Shown here: in pieces, positions 19,497 through 29,910 of the stretch | Numbering within the stretch: position 1 is the stretch's first letter | Layout of the letters: each line of letters begins with the position of its first letter | DNA from: Spirochaetota bacterium | Lineage (GTDB): Bacteria; Spirochaetota; UBA4802; UBA5550 | Reading direction: 5' to 3' | Assembly: GCA_041753395.1 (NCBI GenBank) | Contig: JBGSUQ010000025.1 | Location: 268,189-332,188, forward strand | DNA: 64,000 bases | The notes under the pieces: generated by a model | Databases searched by the model: none | Seen by the model: only the letters and a program-made list of their open reading frames with translations | Told to the model about the DNA's origin: nothing | Program-made: the position numbers and the translations under genes

Positions 19497-21752
19497 CTAC
19501 TCCGCCTTCTCCAGGGGGGTGTACTTTTCGAGAAAGGTCTTGCTCGACCTGCCGAAGAGGATGGTAAGCTTTACGTTGTCGCCGGAGCCCTCGATGCTGA
19601 GGACGCGGCCGATCCCATACTTCGGATGCATCACGCTGTCCCTGACCCTGAACTTCGAATCGCTGCGTCCGACCGGAGAGGCTTGATCATCTGCATCCTC
19701 CGCCAGGCTGGTGTCATCCTCTACTACATCGGCAAAGTGGGATTCCGTATAGGTCTTCTTCACGCCGAATGGATTACGAAAAGTAGCGCCGTTCTGGTAG
19801 TTGCTTGAAAAGAATTCCTGCACCTCAAGAAGGTCTGTGGGGATCTCAAAGATAAACCGCGACGGTTCCTTGTGGAATATCTCATGGAAGGTTCTCCGCA
19901 GCTCCGCGCAGGTGATGTAGACGCGTTCCATGGCCCGCGTTATGCCCACGTAACAGAGGCGTCGTTCCTCCTCGATTCCCTCTTCCGTATCGGAGGAAAG
20001 CCGGTGCGGGAAAATGTCCTCCTCCATGCCGGTGAGAAACACCACCGGGTACTCAAGCCCCTTGGCGTTGTGCACGGTCATCAGGGTCACCATGGTGTTC
20101 CTGCTGTCGGGATCATCCTCCGGGTTCTCCTCGGATGTGTACAGGGAGATATCCTGCAAGAACTGGTCGAGAGTTGCCTCCGGATACGCCTGTTCGTAAT
20201 CATAGACGCTGTTCATGAGTTCGCTTATGTTCTCCAGGCGGGAACGGCTCTCCATGGTGTCCTCATCTTCGAGGCTCTTCACGTATCCCGATAACTCCAG
20301 GACCCTGCTCACGAAATCGGATAGCTTTATCTTTGGTATCTCTCCGGCCGTTTCATGACATTTTATGATCATATCACGGAATTCGACGAGCCCCTTGGGG
20401 AGCTTCTCGCCGAGGCGGTTTTCCCTGATCACGGTCCATTCAGGCTCGCTGCCCCGCACGGCGTGATCGCGGATCTTGTCAATGGTCACGCGGCCGATAC
20501 CCCGGGACGGGGTGTTTATTATCCGGAGCATGGAAACCAGGTCAAGGGGATTGGCGATGAATTTCAGGTAGGCCAGGACGTCCTTGATTTCCTTCCGCTC
20601 GTAGAACTTCATACCCCCCACGAGACGGTAGGAGATGTTTTCCTTCCTGAGACGGTCTTCGAACACGCGGGACTGGGCGTTGGTGCGGTAGAAAATAGCG
20701 AAATCGCTGTTACCGAGGTTTTCCTTGTGTTTCAGCGACATGATCGTATTCACCACGAACTCCGCCTCGCCGTATTCGTTGTTTGTTTTACACCACACCA
20801 CCGGCTCGCCTTCGCCTTTGTGGGCGTTCAGGTTCTTTTCCTTCCTGTTCAAGTTGTTCCGTATCACAGACGAGGCGGCGGTCAGAATCGGCTGGCGGGA
20901 ACGGTAGTTCCTGTCCAGAGTGATGACCGCGGCGCCCAGGTAGTCCTTTTCGAAATTCAGGATGTTGCGGATATCGGCGCCGCGCCATGAGTAGATCGAC
21001 TGGTCGTCGTCGCCCACAACACAGATGTTCTTGCTGGCTGAGGCGAGGTATTTCGCGATCAGGTATTGAGCGTAGTTGGTGTCCTGGTACTCGTCAATCA
21101 TGAAGTAGGACCACTGGCGCTGGAGCCTTTGCAGGGCATCAGCATCGGAGCGGAGGAGCTGCACGGTCTTGATGAGGAGATCGTTAAAGTCAAGGGCGTT
21201 GTTCTTCAACATCAGCCGGTGGTATTCGTCATAGATTTCCTGGAAGTCGTAGAAATGTGTCTTCTGAGTCAGTTGTTCAGGGTCAACACCGTCGATCAGC
21301 TCAGCCTTGTCCTTTACTTCAGATATTTTTGAAACGATCGACTCCGGACGGATTTTTTTCGGGTCAAGGCGCATCTGGAGGAGTATCTCCTTTATCAGCG
21401 TTGCCTGGTCAGAGGTATCATAAATTGAAAACGAAGAAGGGATGCCGATACGCTCGCCGTACCGGCGCAGGATGTAGACTGACGCCGCATGGAAGGTCTT
21501 GATGAAGACACTGGAGCCTTGTGGGCCGATAAGCTTGATGATGCGGTTCTTCATCTCTTCGGTCGCTTTATTCGTGAAGGTGACGGCGAATATGCTAGAT
21601 GGGGGAATGCGCTTCTCTCCTACCAGGTAGGCGATGCGGTGGGTAATGACCCGGGTCTTACCTGAGCCTGCTCCGGCCAGTATGAGTAGGGGGCCTTCGG
21701 TGTGTATAACGGCTTTTTTCTGATTTTCGTTAAGGTTATCGAGAATGGACAT
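19497..21752 (-). CDS. pcrA: ATP-dependent DNA helicase, UvrD/PcrA/Rep family
   Basis: MSILDNLNENQKKAVIHTEGPLLILAGAGSGKTRVITHRIAYL (Walker A) plus helicase motifs throughout. 751 aa. Confidence 0.9.
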   Translation of the reverse strand: MSILDNLNENQKKAVIHTEGPLLILAGAGSGKTRVITHRIAYLVGEKRIPPSSIFAVTFTNKATEEMKNRIIKLIGPQGSSVFIKTFHAASVYILRRYGERIGIPSSFSIYDTSDQATLIKEILLQMRLDPKKIRPESIVSKISEVKDKAELIDGVDPEQLTQKTHFYDFQEIYDEYHRLMLKNNALDFNDLLIKTVQLLRSDADALQRLQRQWSYFMIDEYQDTNYAQYLIAKYLASASKNICVVGDDDQSIYSWRGADIRNILNFEKDYLGAAVITLDRNYRSRQPILTAASSVIRNNLNRKEKNLNAHKGEGEPVVWCKTNNEYGEAEFVVNTIMSLKHKENLGNSDFAIFYRTNAQSRVFEDRLRKENISYRLVGGMKFYERKEIKDVLAYLKFIANPLDLVSMLRIINTPSRGIGRVTIDKIRDHAVRGSEPEWTVIRENRLGEKLPKGLVEFRDMIIKCHETAGEIPKIKLSDFVSRVLELSGYVKSLEDEDTMESRSRLENISELMNSVYDYEQAYPEATLDQFLQDISLYTSEENPEDDPDSRNTMVTLMTVHNAKGLEYPVVFLTGMEEDIFPHRLSSDTEEGIEEERRLCYVGITRAMERVYITCAELRRTFHEIFHKEPSRFIFEIPTDLLEVQEFFSSNYQNGATFRNPFGVKKTYTESHFADVVEDDTSLAEDADDQASPVGRSDSKFRVRDSVMHPKYGIGRVLSIEGSGDNVKLTILFGRSSKTFLEKYTPLEKAE

Positions 21753-22086
21753 TATTTTTCCTTTATTGATTATATAGCAGATTCATCCTACGTCGGTATT
21801 GTGGCAAGTAGAAAAATCGGGATTGCTTAAAATTTGCCTATACGGATGCAGCTGAGGGCCTGGGTGTGCCTCTGTTGAAAATCCCTGCATTGATATATAT
21901 AATATATATAATTTTTAGGTTATCTCCTAATAAGTTATACGAAAAGCGATTAAATTAATGAAAAAAATATCCTTTTACTATTTGACAAAGGTGGTGTAAA
22001 ACTAAAAGTTGTGAGCGATCCGCCGTGGAAAATCCCCGTCAGCTTTCCAGGCATGGCTGTTATATGTCAGGAGGAACAAGAGAAAC

Positions 22087-22989
22087 GTGGCTGAAAAGGT
22101 TTTAGTAGTCGATGACTCACGAATCGATACCACAATCATCAAGAAACTCCTCGATGATTACTCCGTTTTAAGCGCCTCCTGTGGCGATGAGATGTGGCAT
22201 GTCCTGAAGCATGAAGTACCGTCGATCATCCTGCTGGACGTGGTAATGCCCGGCGAAGACGGTTTCCAGATCGCAAAAAAATTATCGCATATCGAGAAAT
22301 TCGCGGATATTCCCATTATTTTCATAACCTCCAAGGACACCGGCAAGGACGTGGAAAAGGGGTTCGACTCAGGCGGCGTCGATTATATAAAAAAGCCGTA
22401 TAACGAGATTGAGCTTCGTGCCCGCATCCGGTCGGCCCTGCTGAAGAAGAAGCAGGAGCTGGATCTGCGCGAAAAGACCATCACCGATCCCCTGACCGGG
22501 GTTCACAACCGGCGCTATTTCTTCGAATACCTGGATAAAACCGTGGAGCATGGCCGGCGTAACACGCGGAAATCTTTTTCTATTGCCCTGATTGATATTG
22601 ATCACTTTAAAAATGTCAACGATACCATGGGACACCAGGCTGGAGATTTCATCCTGAAACAGCTCGCCGACTTCTTTAAAAAAAGCATACGCCCTTACGA
22701 CCTGGTAGCCCGATACGGCGGTGAGGAATTCATCATCCTCTTCAAGGACTGCAGCAGGAAGGATTCCTTCGAGATTCTCCAGAGGATCAGAGATTCTATT
22801 GACCGGGAGCGGTACCAGTTCCAGGACTCACTGATCCATGTCACCTTCAGCGGCGGTATTGCCGATAACCGGGAGCTGGAGCAGGGTGCGCCTGCAGCCG
22901 CAGATCTGATTAAAATCGCCGATGAGCGCCTGTACAAGGCAAAAGAGACCGGCCGTAACAGGATTGTCATTGAGTCAGTGAAGCAGTAA
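22087..22989 (+). CDS. response regulator with GGDEF output (receiver domain + diguanylate cyclase)
   Basis: Receiver domain (VLVVDDSRID...LLDVVMPGEDGF...ITSKD) followed by a GGDEF domain (RYGGEEFIILF). GTG start 22087 after AGGAGG. No cognate kinase is adjacent. Confidence 0.85.
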   Translation: MAEKVLVVDDSRIDTTIIKKLLDDYSVLSASCGDEMWHVLKHEVPSIILLDVVMPGEDGFQIAKKLSHIEKFADIPIIFITSKDTGKDVEKGFDSGGVDYIKKPYNEIELRARIRSALLKKKQELDLREKTITDPLTGVHNRRYFFEYLDKTVEHGRRNTRKSFSIALIDIDHFKNVNDTMGHQAGDFILKQLADFFKKSIRPYDLVARYGGEEFIILFKDCSRKDSFEILQRIRDSIDRERYQFQDSLIHVTFSGGIADNRELEQGAPAAADLIKIADERLYKAKETGRNRIVIESVKQ

Positions 22990-23008
22990 TCATCTAACAA
23001 GCCTGTTG

Positions 23009-23199
23009 TACCCCCCCCCGGTTCCCCTGAGGGGGCACGAGAAATATTTTCTGCAACGCGGCAAATCAATGCACCGTTAAAGTATTCACCAATTTATTAA
23101 ACTGAATTTTGATTTATTGTAATTATACAAATGCTAAACTTTTATCATTAGACCGGATGATTAATCTCAATTGCCCCTTCAGGGGGGCAGGGGGGTCAA
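23009..23199. repeat. GC-rich inverted-repeat element, copy 2 (same family as 511-650)
   Basis: Left arm TACCCCCCCCCGGTTCCCCTGAGGGGGCACG at 23009-23039. Right arm TTGCCCCTTCAGGGGGGCAGGGGGGTCAA at 23171-23199. ~130 bp of AT-rich core. Sits immediately 3' of the GGDEF gene stop. Confidence 0.7.
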
Positions 23200-23334
23200 T
23201 AAAAACCAGCTTCTATATAGGTTCACATCTGGCGCCTGTCATTACGTGACTGTTGCGCCGGCAAAAAAAGCTTGCATTCTATATGGCTATGATTGATAGT
23301 GGTTCAGTTAAGATGATGTTTTTTTGATGAGCGA

Positions 23335-23372
23335 TTGACAAGAGAGTGGGCCACCCACTCTCTTTTACTATG
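23335..23372 (+). promoter_or_regulatory. TTGACA hexamer followed by a perfect 10-bp-stem hairpin and T-tract just upstream of rimP (attenuator or terminator-like element)
   Basis: TTGACA at 23335-23340. AGAGAGTGGG-cca-CCCACTCTCT at 23341-23363, then TTTTACTAT. Confidence 0.4.
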
Positions 23373-23401
23373 GATATATAGCCGTGCATATTAAAGAGAG
23401 A

Positions 23402-23824
23402 ATGTTGGAGCTTATCGAGGATACCGCCGGCAAGCTAGGCTACCTTATTTACGAATCTTCAATCCTTTATAAAGGAGAGAATTCCCAGATTCACGTGAAA
23501 ATTGACAGCCCTGCGGGTATTTCACACCTCGATTGCGAGAAATTTTCGCGGGAGCTGTCTGAAAGGCTTGATGCCGAGGACGCCCTGCCGAACTACTCCG
23601 TTGAAGTGTCATCGCCGGGCCTTAACCGGCTTCTTCGCAACAGCTCTGAGTTCATGCGGTTCCCCGGTGCCCCGGTGAAGGTTGTATACGAAGTGGGCGG
23701 TGATCGCAAGGTTATCAAGGGCGCCATTGGAGAAATGACCGATACCGAGATGACGGTTTCAACTGAAAAGGGAGATGTCGTAATCTCCTTCGATACGATT
23801 ATCAATGCTAATCTTGATTATTAA
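23402..23824 (+). CDS. rimP: ribosome maturation factor RimP
   Basis: MLELIEDTAGKLGYLIYESS...VEVSSPGLNRLL matches the RimP/DUF150 signature. It sits upstream of nusA-infB. ATG 23402 is preferred over the ORF-track GTG 23384. Confidence 0.85.
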   Translation: MLELIEDTAGKLGYLIYESSILYKGENSQIHVKIDSPAGISHLDCEKFSRELSERLDAEDALPNYSVEVSSPGLNRLLRNSSEFMRFPGAPVKVVYEVGGDRKVIKGAIGEMTDTEMTVSTEKGDVVISFDTIINANLDY

Positions 23825-23838
23825 AAGGTGCAGGAGCC

Positions 23839-25314
23839 ATGAGCAAGAATTTTTTTGAGGCATTACATGAAATAGCGACCGACAAGGGGATCCCCCGGGA
23901 ATATATCGAGCAGATTGTCGAATCGGCAATGCTGTCCGCATTCAAGAAGCAGTACGGTATAATCGACAACGTGAAGGTCGTTTTCGACCGGGACAATAAC
24001 AGCGTCAAGGTCGTGTCCAAGAAGATGGTCGTGAAGACAGCCCGGAACAGGGCCGAGGAGATACCGTTTACCGAGGCGGTCAAGATCGCACCGAACGCCC
24101 AGCTGGGGGACGATGTCGAAGTCGAAGAGAACCCGCTTGAATCTTTTGGAAGGATTGCGGCCCAGACCGCGAAACAGGTCATCATCCAGAAAATAAAGGA
24201 AGCTGAAAAGAACATCATATACGGCGAGTTTGTCGACAAGGAGGGAGAGCTCATCAACGGCTTCCTCCAGCGCAAGACCAAGGACGCCATCTACATCGAC
24301 CTGGGCCGCACCGAGGGAATACTCCCGGCGCGGGAGCAGAACCCGCTCGAGCACTATAAAGTGGGAGACCGGGTGAAGGCGCTCATCCTTGCTGTTCAGA
24401 AGAACTCCAAGGGGCCCAGTATCATCCTGTCCCGCACACACCCCACCTTCATTGAAAAGCTCTTTGAAATGGAGATACCCGAGATATACGACGGTGTCGT
24501 GAGAATCATCAAGGTCGTGCGCGAACCGGGCATGCGCACCAAGGTGGCGGTCACCAGCGAGCGCGATGATGTTGATTCCGTCGGCGCCTGCGTCGGCATG
24601 AAGGGCATCCGCATCCAGTCCATCGTCCGGGAACTGGAGGGCGAAAAGATCGATGTCGTTGAATGGTTCGAGGACCGGAAGATCATGGCGGGCAATTCCC
24701 TAACCCCCGCGAAGGTGCATGAAATCGTCGAGAAGTCGGACGGTGGCGTCATAGCCGTGGTTGACAACGACCAGAAGCACCTGGCCCTGGGGAAGGCGGG
24801 CCATAACGTCCGCCTTGCGTCGAAGCTCTGCGGCTTCGATATCGATATCAAGACCGAAGACCAGTACCGTGATTTCCTCTCCTCGAGCGAGTCGCGGGCC
24901 ATCGTGGAACAGCTTTTCTCGAAGGTCAACGAAGACGAGACGCCGCTTTCCGAGCTGCCCGGACTTGAGACGCGCACCATCAAACTCCTGGAAAACGGCG
25001 GCGTCTTCTCCGTTGAGGACCTTGTGGAGAAATCGCTGGAAGAGCTCATGGCCATTGACGGCATCGGCGAGAAAACCGCTAAAAAAATACTTGAGATTAT
25101 CACCGAGAGCGTTGATTTTGATGAGTCAGAAGAAGGATCAAAGGAAGAATTAAAAGAAGAAGCAAAAGAAGATACAAAAGAAGATACAAAAGAAGATACA
25201 AAGGAAGGATCAGGGGAGGATTCAGGCACAGAAAAAATTTCTGAAGAAGGCACAGAGACATCCGGTGAAAAAGCGGAGACAGAAGAGCAGGACAAACCGA
25301 AGCAGGATGAATAA
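23839..25314 (+). CDS. nusA: transcription termination/antitermination factor NusA
   Basis: N-terminal NusA domain, S1, two KH domains and a C-terminal acidic repeat region. An in-frame KEDT x3 repeat comes from a 15-bp tandem DNA repeat at ~25150-25200. Confidence 0.95.
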   Translation: MSKNFFEALHEIATDKGIPREYIEQIVESAMLSAFKKQYGIIDNVKVVFDRDNNSVKVVSKKMVVKTARNRAEEIPFTEAVKIAPNAQLGDDVEVEENPLESFGRIAAQTAKQVIIQKIKEAEKNIIYGEFVDKEGELINGFLQRKTKDAIYIDLGRTEGILPAREQNPLEHYKVGDRVKALILAVQKNSKGPSIILSRTHPTFIEKLFEMEIPEIYDGVVRIIKVVREPGMRTKVAVTSERDDVDSVGACVGMKGIRIQSIVRELEGEKIDVVEWFEDRKIMAGNSLTPAKVHEIVEKSDGGVIAVVDNDQKHLALGKAGHNVRLASKLCGFDIDIKTEDQYRDFLSSSESRAIVEQLFSKVNEDETPLSELPGLETRTIKLLENGGVFSVEDLVEKSLEELMAIDGIGEKTAKKILEIITESVDFDESEEGSKEELKEEAKEDTKEDTKEDTKEGSGEDSGTEKISEEGTETSGEKAETEEQDKPKQDE

Positions 25315-25320
25315 GCTCCT

Positions 25321-25342
25321 GAGCGGGGCCGCTCGGGTTTTT
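25321..25342 (+). terminator. hairpin plus U-tract between nusA and infB (partial terminator or attenuator)
   Basis: GAGCGG-ggc-CGCTC followed by GGGTTTTT. Confidence 0.5.
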
Positions 25343-25409
25343 CGCGCGAGAGCGCTTGTGGGAATTCGGTTCCCCGTAATTAAAAAAGCCAAGGAAGAAA
25401 AACTGATAC

Positions 25410-27815
25410 ATGAAAGCCATTGAAATAGCCAGAAGAAATCATATCTCGATGGAGGATATGATGGAAGTGTGCCGGGAACTGGAAATTGCGTGCGAGACCG
25501 AAGAATCTGATCTTCAGGAAAAAAATATATTTCTCATCGAGAAAAAAATTGAGGCCATCAAGAAGCGGAAGGCGCAGCAGATCGAGGACAGCAAGAAGGG
25601 CAAGAAGATAAAGCTGAAGCGTAAGGTGCAGGTCCCGAAAGAAGGGAAAGAAGCAGCCGAAGCCGCAGAAGAACCGGCAAAGAAGGAAGAGCCCAAAAAG
25701 CCCGAACGCGAAGCAGCCCGACCGACAGCGGAACGTCGGGGCCCCGGTTCCGGCGTCCGTCCGCAGGGCCAGCGCGGACCCGGCGCCCGCCCGCAGGGCC
25801 AGGGCGGTCCCAGAAGGGAAGGGGGTCCTGGAGGGGCTCGTCCCCCCAGAAGAGACGGCGGACCTCAACGGCCTGGCGGGCCGGGAGGGGCTGCAGGTGC
25901 CGGTGATAAACCGGCTGCAGCCATCGGAGAAGGCAAAGATAAGAAAAGGAAGAAAACCAAAGAGAAAGAAAAAGATAAAAGAAAATATAAAAAGGAACAG
26001 GAAGAAAAGGAAATTACCCTCCGGAAGAAAACCGCCGAAGAAAGGCGGCGTGAGGCCCAAGCACCCGGAGAGATCCATATAACCGAAAGTATTTCGGTAG
26101 GCGAGCTGGCGAAGAAACTGAACATCAAGGCGGCGGATGTTATCGCCAAATTGATGCATCTGGGCGTCATGGCGACCATCAATCAGGTCATCGATGCCGA
26201 GACGGCCGAAATCCTCGCTTCCGAGTACGGCACCAACGTGAAGGTGGTCTCTCTCTACGACGAGACGGTTATCAAGCACGTGGAACAGGACCTGCCTGAA
26301 GACAACCTGACGCGCCCGCCTGTCGTAACGGTCATGGGCCATGTCGACCATGGTAAGACCAAGCTTCTGGATGCCATCAGGAAGACCAATATCATTGACC
26401 AGGAGTTCGGCGGCATCACCCAGCACATCGGAGCCTACAGCGTGAAGATAGGCGAAAAGATGATTACCTTCCTTGACACGCCAGGCCACGAGGCCTTCAC
26501 CACCATGCGGGCCCGCGGCGCCAAGATAACGGACATCGTTATCCTCGTCGTTGCGGCGAATGACGGCGTCATGCCCCAGACCATCGAGGCGATCAACCAC
26601 GCCAAGGACGCCGGTGTGCCCATCATTGTCGCCATAAACAAGGTCGACCTCCCGGAAGCGAATCCTGACAAGGTTAAGCATGAGCTCGCGAAGTATGACC
26701 TGGTCCAGGAATCATGGGGCGGCCATACGCTCTTCGCAGAGATCAGCGCGAAATTCCTGAAGAACATAGACACGCTGCTGGAGCTTATCCTCATCCAGGC
26801 GGAAATGCTGGAGCTGAAGGCAAATGCGAAACTACTGGCCAAGGGCACAGTCATAGAATCGAAGCTTGACATGGGCCGCGGCGCCGTTTCAACGGTACTG
26901 ATACAGAACGGATCACTCCATGTGGGGGATCCTTTCGTTATTGGCGTATTTTCAGGAAAGGTACGCGCCATGTTTGATGACCTCGGCAAGCCGCTCGAAG
27001 TGGCGGGGCCTGCGACACCGGTCGAGGTCCTGGGAATTTCGGGAGTGCCGTCAGCCGGAGACCCCTTCGAAGGTGTCGAGTCGGACAAGACGGCGAAGCA
27101 GATCTCGCAGAAGCGCCTGGAGTTCAAGCGGGCCGAGTCGGCCAAGAAGGTCAAGAAGGTCACGCTGGAATCGCTGAACGAGATGATCCGCGAGGGTGAG
27201 GTGCAGGAGCTCCGGATCATAGTCAAGGCCGACGTCGACGGCTCCTGCCAGGCCCTGAAGGAGTCCCTGGAAAAGCTGTCAATCGGCGAGGTGCGGGTCA
27301 AGGTTATTCACACGGGGACCGGCGGGATCAACGAATCGGATGTTATGCTGGCATCGGCGTCAAACGCCGTTATCATAGGCTATCACGTGCGGCCGACCGG
27401 CAAGGTGACGGAAATCGCCGAGCGTGAAAATGTATCGATTAAATTCTACAACGTTATATTTGAGGTTACGGATTCCATTAAGCTGGCCATGGAGGGGATG
27501 CTCTCCCCGGAAATCAGGGAAGAGGTCACCGGTTCAGGCGACGTGAAGCAGGTCTTCAAAATATCCAAGATCGGGACCATTGCCGGGGCCTTTTTGAATT
27601 CCGGGAAGATAGAGCGGAGCTGCAAGGTGCGGCTCGTCCGGGACGGCGTGGTTGTGTTCGACGGCGCCCTCAAGTCCCTCAAACGATACAAGGATGACGT
27701 GTCTGAGGTCCCCACGGGGCAGGAATTCGGCTTCGCTCTGGACGGCTTCAATGACGTGAAGGAGGGCGACAGCTTCGAGGCCTACAAGCTGGTTGAGATC
27801 GCCAAGACGATTTGA
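25410..27815 (+). CDS. infB: translation initiation factor IF-2
   Basis: GTPase motifs ([21 protein letters not shown]). Low-complexity Pro/Gly/Arg/Gln-rich N-terminal region with ~30-bp tandem repeats. Confidence 0.95.
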   Translation: MKAIEIARRNHISMEDMMEVCRELEIACETEESDLQEKNIFLIEKKIEAIKKRKAQQIEDSKKGKKIKLKRKVQVPKEGKEAAEAAEEPAKKEEPKKPEREAARPTAERRGPGSGVRPQGQRGPGARPQGQGGPRREGGPGGARPPRRDGGPQRPGGPGGAAGAGDKPAAAIGEGKDKKRKKTKEKEKDKRKYKKEQEEKEITLRKKTAEERRREAQAPGEIHITESISVGELAKKLNIKAADVIAKLMHLGVMATINQVIDAETAEILASEYGTNVKVVSLYDETVIKHVEQDLPEDNLTRPPVVTVMGHVDHGKTKLLDAIRKTNIIDQEFGGITQHIGAYSVKIGEKMITFLDTPGHEAFTTMRARGAKITDIVILVVAANDGVMPQTIEAINHAKDAGVPIIVAINKVDLPEANPDKVKHELAKYDLVQESWGGHTLFAEISAKFLKNIDTLLELILIQAEMLELKANAKLLAKGTVIESKLDMGRGAVSTVLIQNGSLHVGDPFVIGVFSGKVRAMFDDLGKPLEVAGPATPVEVLGISGVPSAGDPFEGVESDKTAKQISQKRLEFKRAESAKKVKKVTLESLNEMIREGEVQELRIIVKADVDGSCQALKESLEKLSIGEVRVKVIHTGTGGINESDVMLASASNAVIIGYHVRPTGKVTEIAERENVSIKFYNVIFEVTDSIKLAMEGMLSPEIREEVTGSGDVKQVFKISKIGTIAGAFLNSGKIERSCKVRLVRDGVVVFDGALKSLKRYKDDVSEVPTGQEFGFALDGFNDVKEGDSFEAYKLVEIAKTI

Positions 27816-28005
27816 CGCGGCGAGTCGGCTGTCATCGCGTGCAGCGAAGCGATCTGTAATTTGGCAGGTTTACCTTTTTAAAATATAGTGCATAGTTACC
27901 ATGTTCAAGATTGCTTCGTCGCCCTCATGAAAAATGAGGGCTCCTCGCAATGACAATCAGGACAGCCCCGGCGAATCCCGGAATAAATAATACGACAGAT
28001 CAACC

Positions 28006-28410
28006 ATGAGTTACAGAAGAGAAAAGCTAGAAGAGCAGATAAAGAGGATTGTGTCAGAATTGCTGATACGGGAGATCAAGGATCCCCGCATTGGTTTTGC
28101 CACTGTGACCGGTGTTGAGCTTGCCAAGGACTATTCCACGGCGAAAATCGGCATATCGGTCCTGGGGGATCCCCGCGATATCAGAAAAACACTGGAAGGA
28201 CTCCAGTCGGCGACGGCCTATATTCAGCACCGGGTCGGCAAGAGTCTCAGCATCAGGGTCACCCCGAGGATATCATTCTTCCTCGATTCATCCCTCGTAG
28301 AGGGGGTAAACATGGTAAATCTCCTGAACACGCTTGAGGAATCCGAGAAAAGGCATGATGGGCAGCAAGAATCCGGAGAGGACCATGATGATAAACCTGA
28401 TGACGAGTGA
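28006..28410 (+). CDS. rbfA: ribosome-binding factor A
   Basis: MSYRREKLEEQIKRIVSELL...DPRIGFATVTGVELAKDYSTAKI matches the RbfA family. Canonical infB-rbfA-truB synteny. Confidence 0.9.
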   Translation: MSYRREKLEEQIKRIVSELLIREIKDPRIGFATVTGVELAKDYSTAKIGISVLGDPRDIRKTLEGLQSATAYIQHRVGKSLSIRVTPRISFFLDSSLVEGVNMVNLLNTLEESEKRHDGQQESGEDHDDKPDDE

Positions 28411-29359
28411 GCGGGAGCTGATCCAATCCGGCGGCTTTGGCGATCGTGATCTGAGGAACGAGATACTCCTCATCGACAAACCTGAGGGGATAACATCCTA
28501 TGATACAATCAACCGGGTGCAGCGTATCACCGGTGCCGCCAGGACAGGTCACGCGGGAACCCTCGACCTTTTCGCGTCGGGGCTTCTCGTCGTGTGTAAC
28601 GGACGGGCGACGAAGCTGACCCGGTTTCTCCTCGAGGACGATAAGAGCTATACCGGCACCGTCAGGCTCGGGGTGAGCACCGATACGGATGACCGGGAGG
28701 GAACCGTGATCGGGGAGCGGCCGACCGGCGGTATAACCCGTGAAGATATACTGGCATGCGCTGCGAAGCTCACGGGCGAGCAACAGCAGCAGCCGCCCCT
28801 CTACTCGGCGCTGAAGATAAACGGCCGAAGGGCATCGGACCGGGCCCGGGCCGGCGAGAAAATCGAGCTATCGCCGCGGAAGATCAGGGTCCATGATTTC
28901 GAGGTGTTCGAGACAGACCTGGCATCTGCGCGTTTTACGTTCCGCGTTCACTGTACCAAGGGGACCTACGTGCGCTCCCTGGCCCGGGACCTGGGTGAAA
29001 TGCTCGGAACCGGGGCCCATCTGGAGAGCCTGCGGAGAACGGGGGCGGGGATTTTCAGCATTGACAATGCCGTCACCGTTGAAGAGCTTGATGCGTATGT
29101 CCAGGGTAGCGGGCCAGACCGGCCATTCAGAGTGCGCCCGGCAGAGGCGTTGGCGAATTACGGCAGGATTGTCGCGGGAAAAGACGCCCGGGAGAGAATC
29201 TTGAACGGATCCGCTTTTTCCAGGGAAGGAACCGTGATGATCGATGAACGGGGCGGAAAAACATTCATTATTATGGATGAAAATGAAAATCTTATTGCAA
29301 TTGCTGATGTGGATATCCAAAAATGGCATATTAAATATTTAAATGTGTTCAATTCCTGA
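28385..29359 (+). CDS. truB: tRNA pseudouridine(55) synthase TruB (with C-terminal extension/PUA-like region)
   Basis: LLIDKPEGITSYD...GHAGTLDLFASGLLVVCNGRATK is the TruB catalytic-Asp motif. The start overlaps the rbfA 3' end. Confidence 0.9.
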   Translation: MMINLMTSERELIQSGGFGDRDLRNEILLIDKPEGITSYDTINRVQRITGAARTGHAGTLDLFASGLLVVCNGRATKLTRFLLEDDKSYTGTVRLGVSTDTDDREGTVIGERPTGGITREDILACAAKLTGEQQQQPPLYSALKINGRRASDRARAGEKIELSPRKIRVHDFEVFETDLASARFTFRVHCTKGTYVRSLARDLGEMLGTGAHLESLRRTGAGIFSIDNAVTVEELDAYVQGSGPDRPFRVRPAEALANYGRIVAGKDARERILNGSAFSREGTVMIDERGGKTFIIMDENENLIAIADVDIQKWHIKYLNVFNS

Positions 29360-29463
29360 AAAGGGACATAATATAATTCCTCTTCCTCAGTGGGAGGGGT
29401 TAGGGGAGAGCGTACTATCACGCACTCACCCGAAACAAACTTATAGGGAGGATAGTAGCAAAG

Positions 29464-29721
29464 ATGAATCAGAAGAAAGAGATCATCGAAAAATTCAAGA
29501 CTCATGACAAGGACACCGGTTCTCCAGAGGTCCAGATTGCCCTTCTGACTGACCGCATCAATCAGTTGACGGAGCATTTCAAGGTCCACGCAAAGGATTT
29601 TCATTCCCGGAGAGGCCTGCTGAAACTCGTTGGTCAGAGAAGACGGCTCCTTGACTATCTTAAAAAGAAAAACCTTGACCGCTATCGCGGTCTTATCAAG
29701 GAACTGGGTATCCGGAGATAA
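29464..29721 (+). CDS. rpsO: 30S ribosomal protein S15
   Basis: 85 aa. ...[39 protein letters not shown] is the S15 signature. Confidence 0.95.
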   Translation: MNQKKEIIEKFKTHDKDTGSPEVQIALLTDRINQLTEHFKVHAKDFHSRRGLLKLVGQRRRLLDYLKKKNLDRYRGLIKELGIRR

Positions 29722-29784
29722 CCGGGCCTGGATCAACGCTCCACGGAGATGTTCGGTATCCGCTGAAGGTGCTTGTGCAGGAAG

Positions 29785-29851
29785 TCCGGAATATAGGAGC
29801 CAGACAGCGTCATAACCGCGGTTAGGGCACTCTCTGACCTCTATATTCTGG
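29785..29851 (+). promoter_or_regulatory. long-range stem in the rpsO-pnp intergenic leader (candidate RNase III/autoregulatory hairpin for pnp)
   Basis: TCCGGAATATAGGAG at 29785-29799 pairs with CCTCTATATTCTGG at 29838-29851 (14 bp with two G-U pairs and one mismatch), enclosing ~38 nt. Confidence 0.4.
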
Positions 29852-29910
29852 CGTAATCATTTTCACGGACAACATCCCGCTGGAGCTAATAATGTTAAGA
29901 GGTAATGCGT

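Noticed and set aside
25140-25210. Short tandem repeat array considered as a possible CRISPR or VNTR locus.
   Set aside because: The repeat units are 15 bp, contiguous without spacers, and in-frame inside nusA. This is a coding low-complexity tail, not a CRISPR array. No CRISPR repeats or cas genes occur anywhere in the window.
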